A stretch of 64,000 nt of DNA, from positions 1,408,001 through 1,472,000 of the forward strand of contig CAVYGB010000010.1 in the NCBI GenBank assembly GCA_963767925.1, read 5' to 3'. The stretch's first letter is position 1; the number at the start of each line of letters is the position of its first letter. Shown here in pieces: positions 1 to 10,296 of the stretch. The translations under genes and the position numbers were made by a program. Under the pieces are notes generated by a model. The model saw nothing but the letters and a program-made list of their open reading frames with translations. It was not told the origin of the DNA and did not search any database. Source of the stretch: an uncultured delta proteobacterium. Lineage in GTDB: Bacteria; Myxococcota_A; Polyangia; Fen-1088.

Positions 1-1616
1 TTCTGCCGGCGCAGAAAGCCCAGGTCGTTGCGGTCGAAGCGGCGGCCGGTCGAGCTGGTCCAGGCGCCGCCCAGCCAGTGCTCGCCGCCCTCCTTGCGGG
101 CCTCGAAGCGGAACTCCCGGTCCATGTCGCCGGCGGCGATTGTCGTGCCGTCGGGGAAGAGGCGGGGCGGCCCGCCCTGCACGCGCGACAGGGCCACCTG
201 GCCCAGGGCCACGTAGCTGCCCGAGGGGGAGCGCCAGTAGCCGTCGAGCGCCCCCACGTAGGCGTCGTGGAAGCAGCGGGCGCCGGGCGCCACCCGCGAG
301 CCGTCGGGACAGAGGGTCTCGCCGGGGGCGGCGGCCGGGTAGCGGGCGGGACGCTCGAGGCGGTTGACCGCGGTGGCCAGCAGGCCGAGGCGGGCCCCCT
401 CGCCCACCCGCTGGCGCAGGCGCAACACGTGGAACAGGCCGAGGGGAGCGGCCACCCGGTCGACGGTGGGGCCCTCGGCCAGCGCGACCGGCAGGGTGGT
501 CTCGCCGGTGACGGCGCTGATGACGCCGAGGTCGAGCCGCTCGGCCGCGCGCCCGGTCAGCTTGAGGGCGCCGTAGATGGGAGCGGGATCGAGCAGGCCG
601 GCGGCGCGCTCTTCGGGCAGGCGGGCGGGCGAGCGGGGCGTCTCGCCGATGCGCCTCGTGTGCACCATGTTGAGGGGGGTGGCGAACAGGTCGAGCCCCT
701 CGCTGAAGAAGGGGCGCTTCTCCGGGTAGAAGGTCTCGACCGTGCTGAGGTTCAGCACCACCTGGTCGAGCTCGACCTGGCCGAAGTCGGGCAGGACCGC
801 CGCCTCGAAGGTGAGCTGGGGCAACACCTGCCACTTGAGGTCGAGGCCGGCGGCGGCCCCCGGGCGGAACCCCTGCACGGGGGCGTAACCCCGCTGCAGG
901 TGGGAGACCTTGCCGAGCACGAAGGGGCGCAGCTCGAAGCGGCGCCGGCTGGGCAGGTTGTCGAGGCTCTCGACCCGGCCGTAGCGCGACACCTCGGCGG
1001 CCTGGGTGCGGGGGATGAAGGCCCACTCGGAGATCTCCTGGCGGAGCGAGACAACCCGGCGCACGTTGAAGGCCCAGTCCTGGCTGGTGGCGGCCTCGAA
1101 GCGCAGCACCCGCAGGGGGATGCGCAGCTCGACGCTCCAGCCGCGCAGGCTGCGGCTGGTGGCGGCCTCCCAGTTCTCGTCCCACTCGGGCGCGAGCTGG
1201 TTGTCGTCGAACTGGAGGGCGTCGCTCAGCACGCCGGCGGCGTTGACCTCGAAGCGGTAGGCGGAGGCCTCCCCCCGCCGGCTGCCGATGTGCACCGAGA
1301 CCCGGTCGGCCTCCACCTCCCGATCGCGGCGGGTGAGCACCGCCCGCACGGGGGTGCGGAGCTGCTCGCAGTCGACCGCGACGTAGATCGCCTCGTCGTC
1401 GTAGAGGACGCGGAAGCTGGTGGCCTCGGTGGGCAGCGCCGCCTCGTCGGGGAACTTCTGGGTGAAGCCGCCGGCCAGGGGGGCCCGCTGCCACACCGGA
1501 TCGTCGATCCGCCCGTCGAGCACGGGCGGCGCGCTCGTGCGGGCGGCGCGCACGCGGGGCGGGGAGGCGGCCGGCAGGACGGCGGCGGCGGCCGCCACCA
1601 GCAGGAGGAGGGTCAC
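1..1616 (-). CDS. DUF5916 / CBM9-like domain exported protein (3' end runs off the window)
   Basis: Absent from the ORF track; translated by hand from GTG at 1616: MTLLLLVAAAAAVLPAASPPRVRAARTSAPPVLDGRIDDPVWQRA...FTQKFP...FRVLYDDEAIYV...RRD. The signal peptide plus the PxLDGxxDDxxW motif is typical of CBM9-like/DUF5916 proteins. The start overlaps the upstream stop (GTGA). Confidence 0.75.
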   Translation of the reverse strand, partial: MTLLLLVAAAAAVLPAASPPRVRAARTSAPPVLDGRIDDPVWQRAPLAGGFTQKFPDEAALPTEATSFRVLYDDEAIYVAVDCEQLRTPVRAVLTRRDREVEADRVSVHIGSRRGEASAYRFEVNAAGVLSDALQFDDNQLAPEWDENWEAATSRSLRGWSVELRIPLRVLRFEAATSQDWAFNVRRVVSLRQEISEWAFIPRTQAAEVSRYGRVESLDNLPSRRRFELRPFVLGKVSHLQRGYAPVQGFRPGAAAGLDLKWQVLPQLTFEAAVLPDFGQVELDQVVLNLSTVETFYPEKRPFFSEGLDLFATPLNMVHTRRIGETPRSPARLPEERAAGLLDPAPIYGALKLTGRAAERLDLGVISAVTGETTLPVALAEGPTVDRVAAPLGLFHVLRLRQRVGEGARLGLLATAVNRLERPARYPAAAPGETLCPDGSRVAPGARCFHDAYVGALDGYWRSPSGSYVALGQVALSRVQGGPPRLFPDGTTIAAGDMDREFRFEARKEGGEHWLGGAWTSSTGRRFDRNDLGFLRRQ

Positions 1617-3841
1617 GAGCTGCTGGCGCCGAGCTGGGCCAGGAGGAAGCCGACCAGGCGGCCCCACAGGCGCTCCCGCACGATCGCGTCGGGGACCTGG
1701 TGGGTCACCGTGAGGGGGAGAAAGTCGAAGGGCTTGCCCGCCCGGAAGAGGGCGTTGGCCAGCTTGAGGCTGTGCAGGAAATAGACGTTGTCGTCGGTGG
1801 TGCCGTGGATGAGCAGCAGCGGGCGCTCGAGCTTGCCAGCGTAGGTCAGCAGGTTCGACTCGTCGTAGCCGGCCTTGTTCTTGTCGGGCAGGCCCAGGTA
1901 GCGCTCGGTGTAGTGGGTGTCGTAGTCGCGCCAGTCGACAACCGGCGCGCCCGCCACCGCGACCTTGAACACGTCGGGGCGTTTCATGGCGGCCAGCGCC
2001 GCCATGTAGCCCCCGAACGACCAGCCGTAGATGCCGACCCGGGACAGGTCCAGCTCGGGGAAGCGGGCGGCCAGGGCGAAGAGGCCGTCGACCTGATCGT
2101 CGAGGGGGATGCGGCCGAAGCTGCCCTTGATGACCCGTGACCAGCGGCGGTCCTTGCGGGGGGTGCCCCGGTTGTCGAGGGCCACGACGATCACGCCGTG
2201 GTCGGCGATCCACTGCGGCAGCAGGAAGCGGCTCTCGTCGGCCCGGACGATGAGGGAGCTGGGGCCGCCGTAGACGTTGACCACCACCGGGTACTTGCTG
2301 CCGGGGCGAAAGCCGCGCGGGCGCACGATGGCGGCGTAAAACTGCCGGTCGCCGGCGTTGACCGTCGTGAGCTGCAGGTTGGCCCGGAAGGGGGGCGCCT
2401 CGGCCGCCGAGGGGAGGTCGGCCACCCGCACGAAGCGGTCCTTCTCCAGCCGGTAGACCGTGCTAATGGCGAGGGCGTCGGCGGCGGTGCGGGTGTCGAC
2501 GTAGACCGCGCCGTTCTTGGCGAACACCGGCTGGTGCTCGGCGGCGTCCTCGGTGAGGGGGACGGGCGGGCCGGGGGGCTGCAGCGGCACCCGGTACAGG
2601 CGGGTGCTCACCGGGGTGGCGCCGAGGGCGTAGGCCACGGCGCCGTCTTCGGAGAGGTGGACGAGATCGTGAAAGCCGAGCCTGCCCGGGAAGACCTCGC
2701 GCACCAGGGTCCCGTCGGCCTTGCGCAGCTCGAGGGCGCGCTGGCCCGTGCGCTCGGTCGCCACCAGGAGGCCGCTGCCGTCGGGCAGCCAGCGGGGCAG
2801 GTGGTCGTCGAGCTCCACCCAGGCCTCGTCGCTCTCGCTGTGGATCGGGCGGGTCTGGCCGCTGCGGGGGTCGGCCGCCAGCAGCACCTGCTCGCGCTGC
2901 TCGCGGGTCTGCACCAGCAGCGACAGGGGGGCCTTCTTCTCCTTCCAGAGCACGCGGGCCAGGTAGGGGTACTTCTCGCTGTCCCAGCGCACCCAGGTGG
3001 TGGCGCCGCCGCTGGCGCCGATGATCCCCAGGCGCACGCGGGCGTTGCCCTTGCCGGCGCGGGGGTAGGCGAACACGCTGGCCGGGACCTCCGGCCGGGC
3101 CGGGTCGGCGATGGTGAAGCGCTCGAGGGCCCGCTGGTCGACCTCGGTGTAGGCGAGCTGCTTCGAGTCGGGCGACCAGAAGTAGCCTTCGTGGCGTCCC
3201 ATCTCCTCCTGGGCGATGAACTCGGCCAGCCCGTGGGTCAGGTCGGTCGACCCGCCCCGGGTCAGGCGCCGCTCGCGGCCGGAGGCGACGTCGGCGACGT
3301 AGAGGTCGTGGCCGCGCACGTAGGCCGCCTTCTCCCCGTCGGGCGAGAAGCGGGCGTCGATGGCCGGCGGATCGCTGCCGCCCAGCGGCTGGGTCTTGCC
3401 CGCCTGCGGTCCCTGCCGGTGGTAGACGTAGGGCCGCCCCGAGAGCACCAGCAGCACCCGCCGCCCGTCCTCGCTGAGGTGGTAGCCGGTGAAGCCGCGG
3501 TCCACGATCCGCTTGCGCTCGCGGCGGGCCTTCTCCTCGACCGAGAGCAGCTCCTCGGCCCCCTGCAGGAGCTGGGCGGGGGTCAACAAGGTGCGGGTCT
3601 GGCCGGTGGCGGTGTCCAGCTCGTGCAGCGCGAGCACCGGCTCGCGCGCGCCCGACCGCAGGAACAGCACCGCCTTCCCGTCCGGGGTGGGTGCGATGCC
3701 GGTGGGCCGCCCTTGCCGGAACTCGCGCGTCTCGGCGAGCGTGCGCAGGAACCCCGGGTGGGGCCCGCTCTGCGCCCGGGCCGGCGCCGACGCCGCACCG
3801 AGCAGCAACAGGGAGACCCCCAGGTAACGGGCAGGCCACAT
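1613..3841 (-). CDS. S9B family dipeptidyl peptidase IV-like serine peptidase, exported
   Basis: Signal peptide, DPP-IV N-terminal propeller, GWSFGG nucleophile, HGTTDDNV Asp motif, C-terminal His; GGAGG RBS upstream of ATG. Confidence 0.92.
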   Translation of the reverse strand: MWPARYLGVSLLLLGAASAPARAQSGPHPGFLRTLAETREFRQGRPTGIAPTPDGKAVLFLRSGAREPVLALHELDTATGQTRTLLTPAQLLQGAEELLSVEEKARRERKRIVDRGFTGYHLSEDGRRVLLVLSGRPYVYHRQGPQAGKTQPLGGSDPPAIDARFSPDGEKAAYVRGHDLYVADVASGRERRLTRGGSTDLTHGLAEFIAQEEMGRHEGYFWSPDSKQLAYTEVDQRALERFTIADPARPEVPASVFAYPRAGKGNARVRLGIIGASGGATTWVRWDSEKYPYLARVLWKEKKAPLSLLVQTREQREQVLLAADPRSGQTRPIHSESDEAWVELDDHLPRWLPDGSGLLVATERTGQRALELRKADGTLVREVFPGRLGFHDLVHLSEDGAVAYALGATPVSTRLYRVPLQPPGPPVPLTEDAAEHQPVFAKNGAVYVDTRTAADALAISTVYRLEKDRFVRVADLPSAAEAPPFRANLQLTTVNAGDRQFYAAIVRPRGFRPGSKYPVVVNVYGGPSSLIVRADESRFLLPQWIADHGVIVVALDNRGTPRKDRRWSRVIKGSFGRIPLDDQVDGLFALAARFPELDLSRVGIYGWSFGGYMAALAAMKRPDVFKVAVAGAPVVDWRDYDTHYTERYLGLPDKNKAGYDESNLLTYAGKLERPLLLIHGTTDDNVYFLHSLKLANALFRAGKPFDFLPLTVTHQVPDAIVRERLWGRLVGFLLAQLGASSS

Positions 3842-3991
3842 GCCTCCGTCTTATCGCGAGCGGCCCCCCGGGTCGATAGCCTCGGCCTGGCGCAACCGGG
3901 GGTCGTCGGAGGTTGCGCGGGTGGGCTGAGGCGCGGCGCTCAAGGGCCGCGCCGATTCTGCCGAGGCACCTCCCCCGGGGGGCGCAGGCAG

Positions 3992-4591
3992 GTGTCGCAC
4001 GTACCGGTGCTGTCGAAGCTGGCGTACGCCAAGAATCCGGAGCACCAGAGCTTCATCCTGGGGTTCGAGGGGCAGCTCAAGGGCCGGTACAACCTGCTGT
4101 TCCTCGAGACGATCGGGGTGCTCGGGGGGGCCAAGCTGCGGGCGGACATCGAGCGGGAGCTGGGACATCCCACCTACACCCCGGAAGGCTGGGCCCCGGT
4201 GCGCGACTGCATCTACATGTTCGATCAGGCCTGCCGGGCCGGCGTGTCGGTCGAGCAGATGGGCGAGCTGGTCATGCCGGCCTACAAGCTCGCCAAGCCC
4301 GAGGCCTTCGAGGGCCGCTCGATCGTCGACGCCTTCGAGATCCTCGAGAAGGGCTACCGGCAGGACACCTCCTACGGGGGGGTCTCGCCGGGGTTGCGGG
4401 CCGGGCGCGACCACGCCTCGGTGTTCCGGCGCAACTCGGTCTTCCCCTGCTCGTATTTCGTGGGGGTCATCCGCGGCCTGCTCGGGATCTTCCGGGTCCA
4501 GGGGTCCATCGCGGAGGTCGAGTGCCAGTGGAAGGGCGCCCCGAGCTGCCGGTTCGACGCCCGCTGGACCCCCGAGCGCCACGCCGTCTGA
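3992..4591 (+). CDS. V4R/HNOB-like small ligand-binding domain protein
   Basis: Coding-like 3' part of ORF 2198..4591 (the rest is antisense to DPP-IV); FPCSYFVGVIRG...ECQWKGAPSCRF resembles a V4R fold. Start uncertain (GTG 3992). Confidence 0.55.
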   Translation: MSHVPVLSKLAYAKNPEHQSFILGFEGQLKGRYNLLFLETIGVLGGAKLRADIERELGHPTYTPEGWAPVRDCIYMFDQACRAGVSVEQMGELVMPAYKLAKPEAFEGRSIVDAFEILEKGYRQDTSYGGVSPGLRAGRDHASVFRRNSVFPCSYFVGVIRGLLGIFRVQGSIAEVECQWKGAPSCRFDARWTPERHAV

Positions 4592-4781
4592 GCGGGCCCG
4601 CCTGCGGATGGGGTCGGGCCGTCCTGACGCCGCGAACCGGAAAAGCCTGGCCGGCGTGCGCGCCGTCGCGGCCGCGGCCAATGGCGATAGATAATTAGAA
4701 CCGTTCTCGACGAGCTGGGCCACTACCCGTCTGCTCGGCGTCTCTCGCGAAACGCCGGTCCTTATCCCCGAAGGAGGAGCG

Positions 4782-6470
4782 ATGGTTCGAGGCCTCAGGA
4801 CGTTGTGGCTGGTCGGTGGTGTGCCCTTGCTGGCGGTGGCGTGTACCGGCGCGATCGGATCGGGCGGCGGCGCCGGACCGAGCCCCGCGGGCGCCCCGAC
4901 CGCTCCGCCCCGCCCGGGCACCCCGCCCCCCGCTGGCGCCGAAGCGCCCCCGCCGGTCGAGCCCCCCTCGACCATCTCGGGCACGCGGGCCTGTGTCGGC
5001 GGCAAGCCGGGGCCCCGGCTGCTCCGCCGGCTCAGCGCCGAGCAGCTCGACAACAGCATCCGGGATCTCTTCCGCGACCCGGGCGCGCCGAAGAGCAACA
5101 TCTTCAACGACCCCCAGGTGCTGGGCTTCACCGGTGACGCCGGGGCGCTGCTGGTGCGCGACCTCGGATCGCAGCAGCTCATGACCTACGCCGAGCAGGT
5201 CGCGCGCTGGGCGGTCACCAGCGTCCCGGAGGTCGCGCCCTGCCAGGAGATGACGCCGGCCTGCCGCAGCCAGTTCGTCGAGCGGTTCGGCCTGCGCGCC
5301 TTCCGCCAGCCGCTCGACCCGGCCAAGGTAGCCCGCTACGAGCGGCTGTTCGCCAGCGCCGCCAGCTTCGAGCAGGGGCTGGAGCTGACCATCACCGCGA
5401 TGTTGCAGTCCCCGTTTTTCCTGTACCGGCGCGAGCTCGGTGAGCCGGCTCCGGGTCAGCCGGGGCTGGTGCGGCTGACCCCCTACGAGGTGGCGAGCAA
5501 CATCTCGTACCTCATCACCCGCTCGATGCCCGACGACGAGCTGCTGGCCGCCGCCGCCGCCGGCGAGCTCGCCAGCCGCGCCCAGATCGACGCCCAGGTC
5601 GAGCGCCTGCTGCAAGCGCCGAAGCACCGCCAGACCATCAACACCTTCATGGGCGAGTGGCTCGAGACCAGGCAGGTGGCGATGGTCCTGAAGGACCCCA
5701 GCGTGTTCGACTTCCCCGACGCCCTGCGGGCCGACATGGAGCGGGAGACGGCGGCCCTGATCGAAGACATCGTGTTCACCCGGGGCGGCTCGCTGACCGA
5801 TCTGCTCACCGCCGACTACACCTTCGTCAACGCCGGCCTGGCCAAGCACTACGGCATCGCCGGCGTCACCGGCACCGAGCTCGGCAAGGTGAGCGCGCGC
5901 GGCCCCGGCATCCTGGCCCAGGGGAGCATCCTGGCGGGCCACGCCGGCACCCACTTCAGCTCCCCCACCCTGCGGGGCAAGCTCGTGCGCACCCGCCTGC
6001 TGTGCGAGAACCTGCCCCCGCCGCCCGACGACGTCGACACCATGATCAAGGTGCCGGAGAACGCGAAGACCTCGCGGGAGATCTTCGAGACCCACTCGGA
6101 GAACGCGGCCTGCGCCGGCTGCCACATGATGATGGACCCCATCGGCTTCGGCTTCGAGCACTACGACCTGGCCGGCCGCTACCGCGACAGCGAAAACGGG
6201 GTGCCGGTCGACGCCAGCGGCGAGATCCTGGGGCAGGGCTTCCGCTTCGACGGCCTGCCCGAGCTGGCCGGCTACCTGGCGAACAAGGACGAGGTCCGCC
6301 AGTGCATGGTCCGCTTCATGTCCTACTTCGCCTACGGCTCGGCCGGCTGGAGCGACGACGGCTGCACCTTCGACGCCATCTCCGCCGAGGCGTCCGCTTC
6401 GGGCTGGAGCATCCGCAGCGTGCTCACCGCGATCACGCGGGCGCCCCATTTCACGACCCGGGTTCAATAG
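4782..6470 (+). CDS. DUF1592/DUF1588/DUF1595 (PSD/PSCyt) domain lipoprotein
   Basis: Lipobox AVAC, LRRLS..QLDNSIRDL, LQSPFFLYR, SSPTLRG, CAGCH..MDPIGFGFEHYD; AGGAGG RBS. Confidence 0.88.
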   Translation: MVRGLRTLWLVGGVPLLAVACTGAIGSGGGAGPSPAGAPTAPPRPGTPPPAGAEAPPPVEPPSTISGTRACVGGKPGPRLLRRLSAEQLDNSIRDLFRDPGAPKSNIFNDPQVLGFTGDAGALLVRDLGSQQLMTYAEQVARWAVTSVPEVAPCQEMTPACRSQFVERFGLRAFRQPLDPAKVARYERLFASAASFEQGLELTITAMLQSPFFLYRRELGEPAPGQPGLVRLTPYEVASNISYLITRSMPDDELLAAAAAGELASRAQIDAQVERLLQAPKHRQTINTFMGEWLETRQVAMVLKDPSVFDFPDALRADMERETAALIEDIVFTRGGSLTDLLTADYTFVNAGLAKHYGIAGVTGTELGKVSARGPGILAQGSILAGHAGTHFSSPTLRGKLVRTRLLCENLPPPPDDVDTMIKVPENAKTSREIFETHSENAACAGCHMMMDPIGFGFEHYDLAGRYRDSENGVPVDASGEILGQGFRFDGLPELAGYLANKDEVRQCMVRFMSYFAYGSAGWSDDGCTFDAISAEASASGWSIRSVLTAITRAPHFTTRVQ

Positions 6471-6479
6471 GAGGACGTT

Positions 6480-7781
6480 GTGAAGCTGAGCCGTCGAACC
6501 TTGGCGAAGAGCGCGGGCGCAGGCCTCATCCTGGCCCCGTTTTATGACCTGCTCCGGCCCCGCCGGGCCCACGCCCAGGCGGGCCGCGCCCGCCGCATCT
6601 TCATCTTTCACAGCCAGCCCTGTGACACCGGGACCTGGAACCCCTCGAACGTCACGGGCGAGTCGAGCTTCACCCTGCCGGGGATGCTGGACGCCCTCAA
6701 CGAGGTCAAGGAGCACATCGTCCTTGTCGACGGGCTGGCCCCCAAGCAGCCGGGCGACAACCACTACTCGCCGCACGCCCTCACCGGGGTGGGCCGGGAG
6801 GGGCGGCCCGACAAGGGCAACATCTCCATCGAGCAATACATCGGCGACCAGCTCGAGAAGCGGCCCGACAAGCGCCCGATCAAGACGCTGCTGCTCGGCA
6901 CCGGGGCCAAGTCGGAGGCGGTGTTCTACCGGAACAGCACCCGCCTGACGACCATCGCCTCGCCCCTGTCGGCCTACAACACCGTGTTCTCGAGCGGGTC
7001 GGGCGGGACCTCCCCCAGCGTGCTGCTGGAGCAGCGCAAGAGCATCCTCGACGTGGTCAAGGAGGACGTGGGCGAGCTGGAGGGGGTGCTGGGGTCGAGC
7101 GAGAAGCAGAAGCTGGAGCTGCACCTGGAGTCGATCCGGCAGTTCGAGCTGCGCATCGCGGGTGGCCTGCAGAACGGGGGCCAGGTCATGTGCGCCAAGG
7201 GGACGGCCCCCAGCGACGACATCAGCTCGGTGAGCAAGGAGACGCTCGCCGACATGGCCCACCTGGATCTGGTCATCAACGCCTTCGCCTGCGACGTCAC
7301 CCGGCTGGGGGCGGTGCAGTGGGGCAACAGCCACACCTGGAAGTTCGACACGCCCACCGGCCTGCGGGGCGAGCTGCACATGGGCATCATCCACGTGTCG
7401 CGCAAGGCCGAGGCGGTCAAGATCGAGAACTGGCTGGCCGGTCAGTTCGCGGGCGTCATCAAGAAGCTGAAGGCGATCCCCGAGCCCGACGGCTCGGGCA
7501 CCCTGTTCGACAACACCCTGCTGGTCTGGACCCGAGACTTCGGCGACGCCAACGCGCACAACTCGCGCAACATGAAGTTCATCCTCGCCCAGGGCAACGG
7601 CGGCTATTTGAAGACGAGCCCCGCCGGCCGCTACCTCCGCCTCAACACCGGCAACAACCGCCAGGAGCGCATCCTCCTCAACCTGGCCGAGGCCATGGGC
7701 GTGACGACCTTCGAAGGCTTCGGCGACCAGGGCGCCGACTTCCGCCCCAACAAGACCCCGTTCAGCGAGCTGCGCGGGTAG
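6480..7781 (+). CDS. DUF1552 family Tat-exported protein
   Basis: LSRRTL Tat-like signal, RKSILD, KLELHLESIR, AFACDVTR, GTLFDNTL motifs; usual partner of DUF1592 genes. Confidence 0.88.
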   Translation: MKLSRRTLAKSAGAGLILAPFYDLLRPRRAHAQAGRARRIFIFHSQPCDTGTWNPSNVTGESSFTLPGMLDALNEVKEHIVLVDGLAPKQPGDNHYSPHALTGVGREGRPDKGNISIEQYIGDQLEKRPDKRPIKTLLLGTGAKSEAVFYRNSTRLTTIASPLSAYNTVFSSGSGGTSPSVLLEQRKSILDVVKEDVGELEGVLGSSEKQKLELHLESIRQFELRIAGGLQNGGQVMCAKGTAPSDDISSVSKETLADMAHLDLVINAFACDVTRLGAVQWGNSHTWKFDTPTGLRGELHMGIIHVSRKAEAVKIENWLAGQFAGVIKKLKAIPEPDGSGTLFDNTLLVWTRDFGDANAHNSRNMKFILAQGNGGYLKTSPAGRYLRLNTGNNRQERILLNLAEAMGVTTFEGFGDQGADFRPNKTPFSELRG

Positions 7782-7814
7782 AGCCCGCCGCGGGCCGGGC
7801 GACCGCCCACCCCA

Positions 7815-7840
7815 CCCTCTCCCCGCTCCGCGGGCGAGGG
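7815..7840. repeat. REP-like hairpin downstream of the DUF1552 gene
   Basis: ccctctccccgctccgcgggcgaggg is an imperfect palindrome of the CCCTCTCCC...GAGGG REP type. Confidence 0.4.
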
Positions 7841-8043
7841 CGAACGGGCGGGGGAGGGCGCGACGCGCCATCGAGCTCAACGGCCGGACGGAAAGCCGCC
7901 GGCGCCTTCGCCGTGGGTTGCAGGCACCCCGCCACGCGGCTTTCTGCTCGCGTTCCGGCCGGGGAATCGGCTATGGAGGTGCGTCCGGCGTCCGCACCTG
8001 GATGCGGCGCCGGGTCGAATCGACCCGCCCGGAGGCCCCCAAG

Positions 8044-8454
8044 TTGAAACACCTTTCGATCTCGTCGCGTTACCTCTCTCTCACGCTCTACCTGTCGTTG
8101 CCGCTGTTGCCGGCGCTGGCCTGCACCGGAAAGTTCACGTCCAGCTCGTCGGACGCGGCCGCCCTGAATGGCGGGATGATGCCGCCTCCGCAGGGCGGTG
8201 GCGGGGGTGGAGGCTCGGGCGGAGGCGGCGGCTCGGGCGGAGGCGGCGGCTCGGGCGGGAGCGGCGGCTCGGGCGGTGGGGCGCCGCGTGGACCCGACGC
8301 TGCGGGCCAGGACGTGGCCCGCTCGCCGGACGCCGGAGCGCGGGCCGACGTGGGAGGCGACCTCGGCGGGGCCGACCTGGGGGCGGCGCCGGGTGCGCCC
8401 GCGACCGGCGAGCTGCTCGTCTACTCGAGGTTGTCCGGCTCGACTACCCGCTGA
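8044..8454 (+). pseudogene. Truncated lipoprotein, probably the N-terminus of a ThuA-like domain protein
   Basis: Lipobox ALAC, long Gly/Ser linker, then ELLVYSR (like the first strand of ThuA domains) followed by a stop 8 codons later. Confidence 0.45.
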
Positions 8455-8516
8455 CCGCCCACGACGACTCCGACCACGTGGGCGGCATCGGCGACGCCGC
8501 CTGTAAGCTGGAGGGC

Positions 8517-10019
8517 TCAGCCGGTGGGGGGCGCTGATTCGAACACCACGCAGGGGCGGGTGGGATCGCGGGGGTCCTGGCCGATCAGCTTGAAGCATAC
8601 CCGGGAGGTTCGATCGGGTTGCCGGATCACCTCGATGAGGCCCAGGTTCAGGCCGCCGTAGGGATTCTTGCCGCCCCGGACGCCGGGCAGCGGGGCGACG
8701 TGCAATCCGGCGACCTCCCGCTCGAGGGGGCTGGTCACCTCCAGCAGCGCGCGGGCGAATGCCCCGGACAGCGAGCTGCTGTGGTTGGTGAGCGCGCTCG
8801 AGACGAACTGGGTGATGGCGGGGCCGCCGGGCTGCCGCAGGGTCGACGCCCAGCCTGCGTGAATGTCCCCCGAGAGCAGCGAGACTTGCTGCCGGGGATG
8901 AGCCAGCTGGTGGTCGGCCAGCATGCCCAGGAGCTGGTCGCGCTGCGGACGGAACAGCGGGCTGGACCAGCGGTCGTGGATGTCGCTGCCCCCGCTCAGC
9001 ACCCGGCTCGCCAGGGCACTGAGCCAGCCGGGGATGTGCACCATGGGCACACCCAGGACGATGAAGAGGGCGTGCCGGTGGGCGTTCTCGGACAGGAACG
9101 CGGCCAGAGCCTGCACCTGCGCCTCGGACATCACCCGCCCCCTCCCGGCGGTGACGTGCCGTTCGCCCCGGATGTCGGTCACGAACACGGCGACGCTGCC
9201 CCAGGCGAACCATCGCCACAGCCGGTCGGGGCGGCCGCCCGCCGAGAGCCCTCCGCGAGCGCCCTGGTAGTCCCAGTAGGCGTCCAGGGCGCCCGCCGCC
9301 ACCGTCTGCCAGGCGGGGGAGCTGTGGCGCGAATGTGAGCCCCAGTTGTCCACGATCTCGTGATCGTCGGGGATGCAGTGGGTGGAGCGCCGGGAGATCA
9401 ACGTGCTCAGCCCGGGGAGCCCCCAGGACCGCCGGTACTGGCGGTGGTACCGTCGGCGAACCTCCTCGCGCGGCAGCCCCAGCAGCGCCGAGCGCGCCGG
9501 CGATCTCCGGTGCTCGGGTCCGTGCAGCGAGTAACAGGCGGGCGTGTCGGCATAGACCTGATCGCCGATCAGCAGGAGGAACTTCGCCTCGTGGGCGACC
9601 AGCGCGCGATGGGCGGCCTGGAGCATGGCCAGGGCGTCCGCGGCCGGCTGCCCCTCGCGGTCGAAGGGCTGATGGCAGCTCGCGAAGCCGAAGCACAGCC
9701 GCCCGGGCGTGTCCTCCACCGACGCCGGCGCGGTCTCGAACTGTCCCTCGCCGATCAGCTCGCCTCCCGCCTGGACGCGAAAGCCGTAGGCCGTGGCCGG
9801 ACGCAAGGGCGATGCCTCCGGGAAATCGTCGGGATAGCTCACGGTCAGGGTGTGATCGGCCGCGGCGCTCGGGCGAGCCGCGATCGGCGCGCGCAGCGCC
9901 GATCCATCCGGCGGCAGCAGCACCAGCTCCAGGGCCGCCACGTCAGGCGCGCGCATCCAGATCCGGACCGAACGCATATCGACCGTTCCCACAGCAACCG
10001 CCCGCTGCACCGAGGGCAC
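8517..10019 (-). CDS. PhoD-family (alkaline phosphatase D) metallophosphoesterase with no evident signal peptide
   Basis: FASC, GDQVYAD, DDHE, SGDIH motifs; start estimated at GTG 10019. Confidence 0.85.
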   Translation of the reverse strand: MPSVQRAVAVGTVDMRSVRIWMRAPDVAALELVLLPPDGSALRAPIAARPSAAADHTLTVSYPDDFPEASPLRPATAYGFRVQAGGELIGEGQFETAPASVEDTPGRLCFGFASCHQPFDREGQPAADALAMLQAAHRALVAHEAKFLLLIGDQVYADTPACYSLHGPEHRRSPARSALLGLPREEVRRRYHRQYRRSWGLPGLSTLISRRSTHCIPDDHEIVDNWGSHSRHSSPAWQTVAAGALDAYWDYQGARGGLSAGGRPDRLWRWFAWGSVAVFVTDIRGERHVTAGRGRVMSEAQVQALAAFLSENAHRHALFIVLGVPMVHIPGWLSALASRVLSGGSDIHDRWSSPLFRPQRDQLLGMLADHQLAHPRQQVSLLSGDIHAGWASTLRQPGGPAITQFVSSALTNHSSSLSGAFARALLEVTSPLEREVAGLHVAPLPGVRGGKNPYGGLNLGLIEVIRQPDRTSRVCFKLIGQDPRDPTRPCVVFESAPPTG

Positions 10020-10296
10020 ACCGTCGTGACAGGGGTCTGGCGGGCGGGGGGTGGGCACTCTTTCACGACAAGGTGCACCAGGTGCCAAACGGCTGCAAGG
10101 GGGCAAGACCACGACTTCTCGCCCCGCCTGGCCCGAGAACGACGACCACCTTGCTCGACCCGCGTTCACTGTGCTTGCGAAAGACGGGCCGTGGCCAAGA
10201 TCCCCCAGCGCGCGGGAGCCGTGGAACCGGCGCCAGGCCGGCCACGCGCTGGTCCGGCCGTTGCTTTGGACCAAGACCGGACTCAGGGTGGGGCCG

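Noticed and set aside
6109..6126. CAGCH in the DUF1592 protein as a separate cytochrome
   Set aside because: It is the conserved motif of the DUF1588 domain in this common family and is not distinctive here.
78..7880. Long ORFs 78..1784 (+), the 5' part of 2198..4591 (+) and 4695..7880 (-)
   Set aside because: Antisense shadows of well-supported genes, expected in high-GC DNA; no motifs.
8190..8280. Gly/Ser-coding 18-bp repeats as a DNA element
   Set aside because: They simply encode a low-complexity lipoprotein linker.
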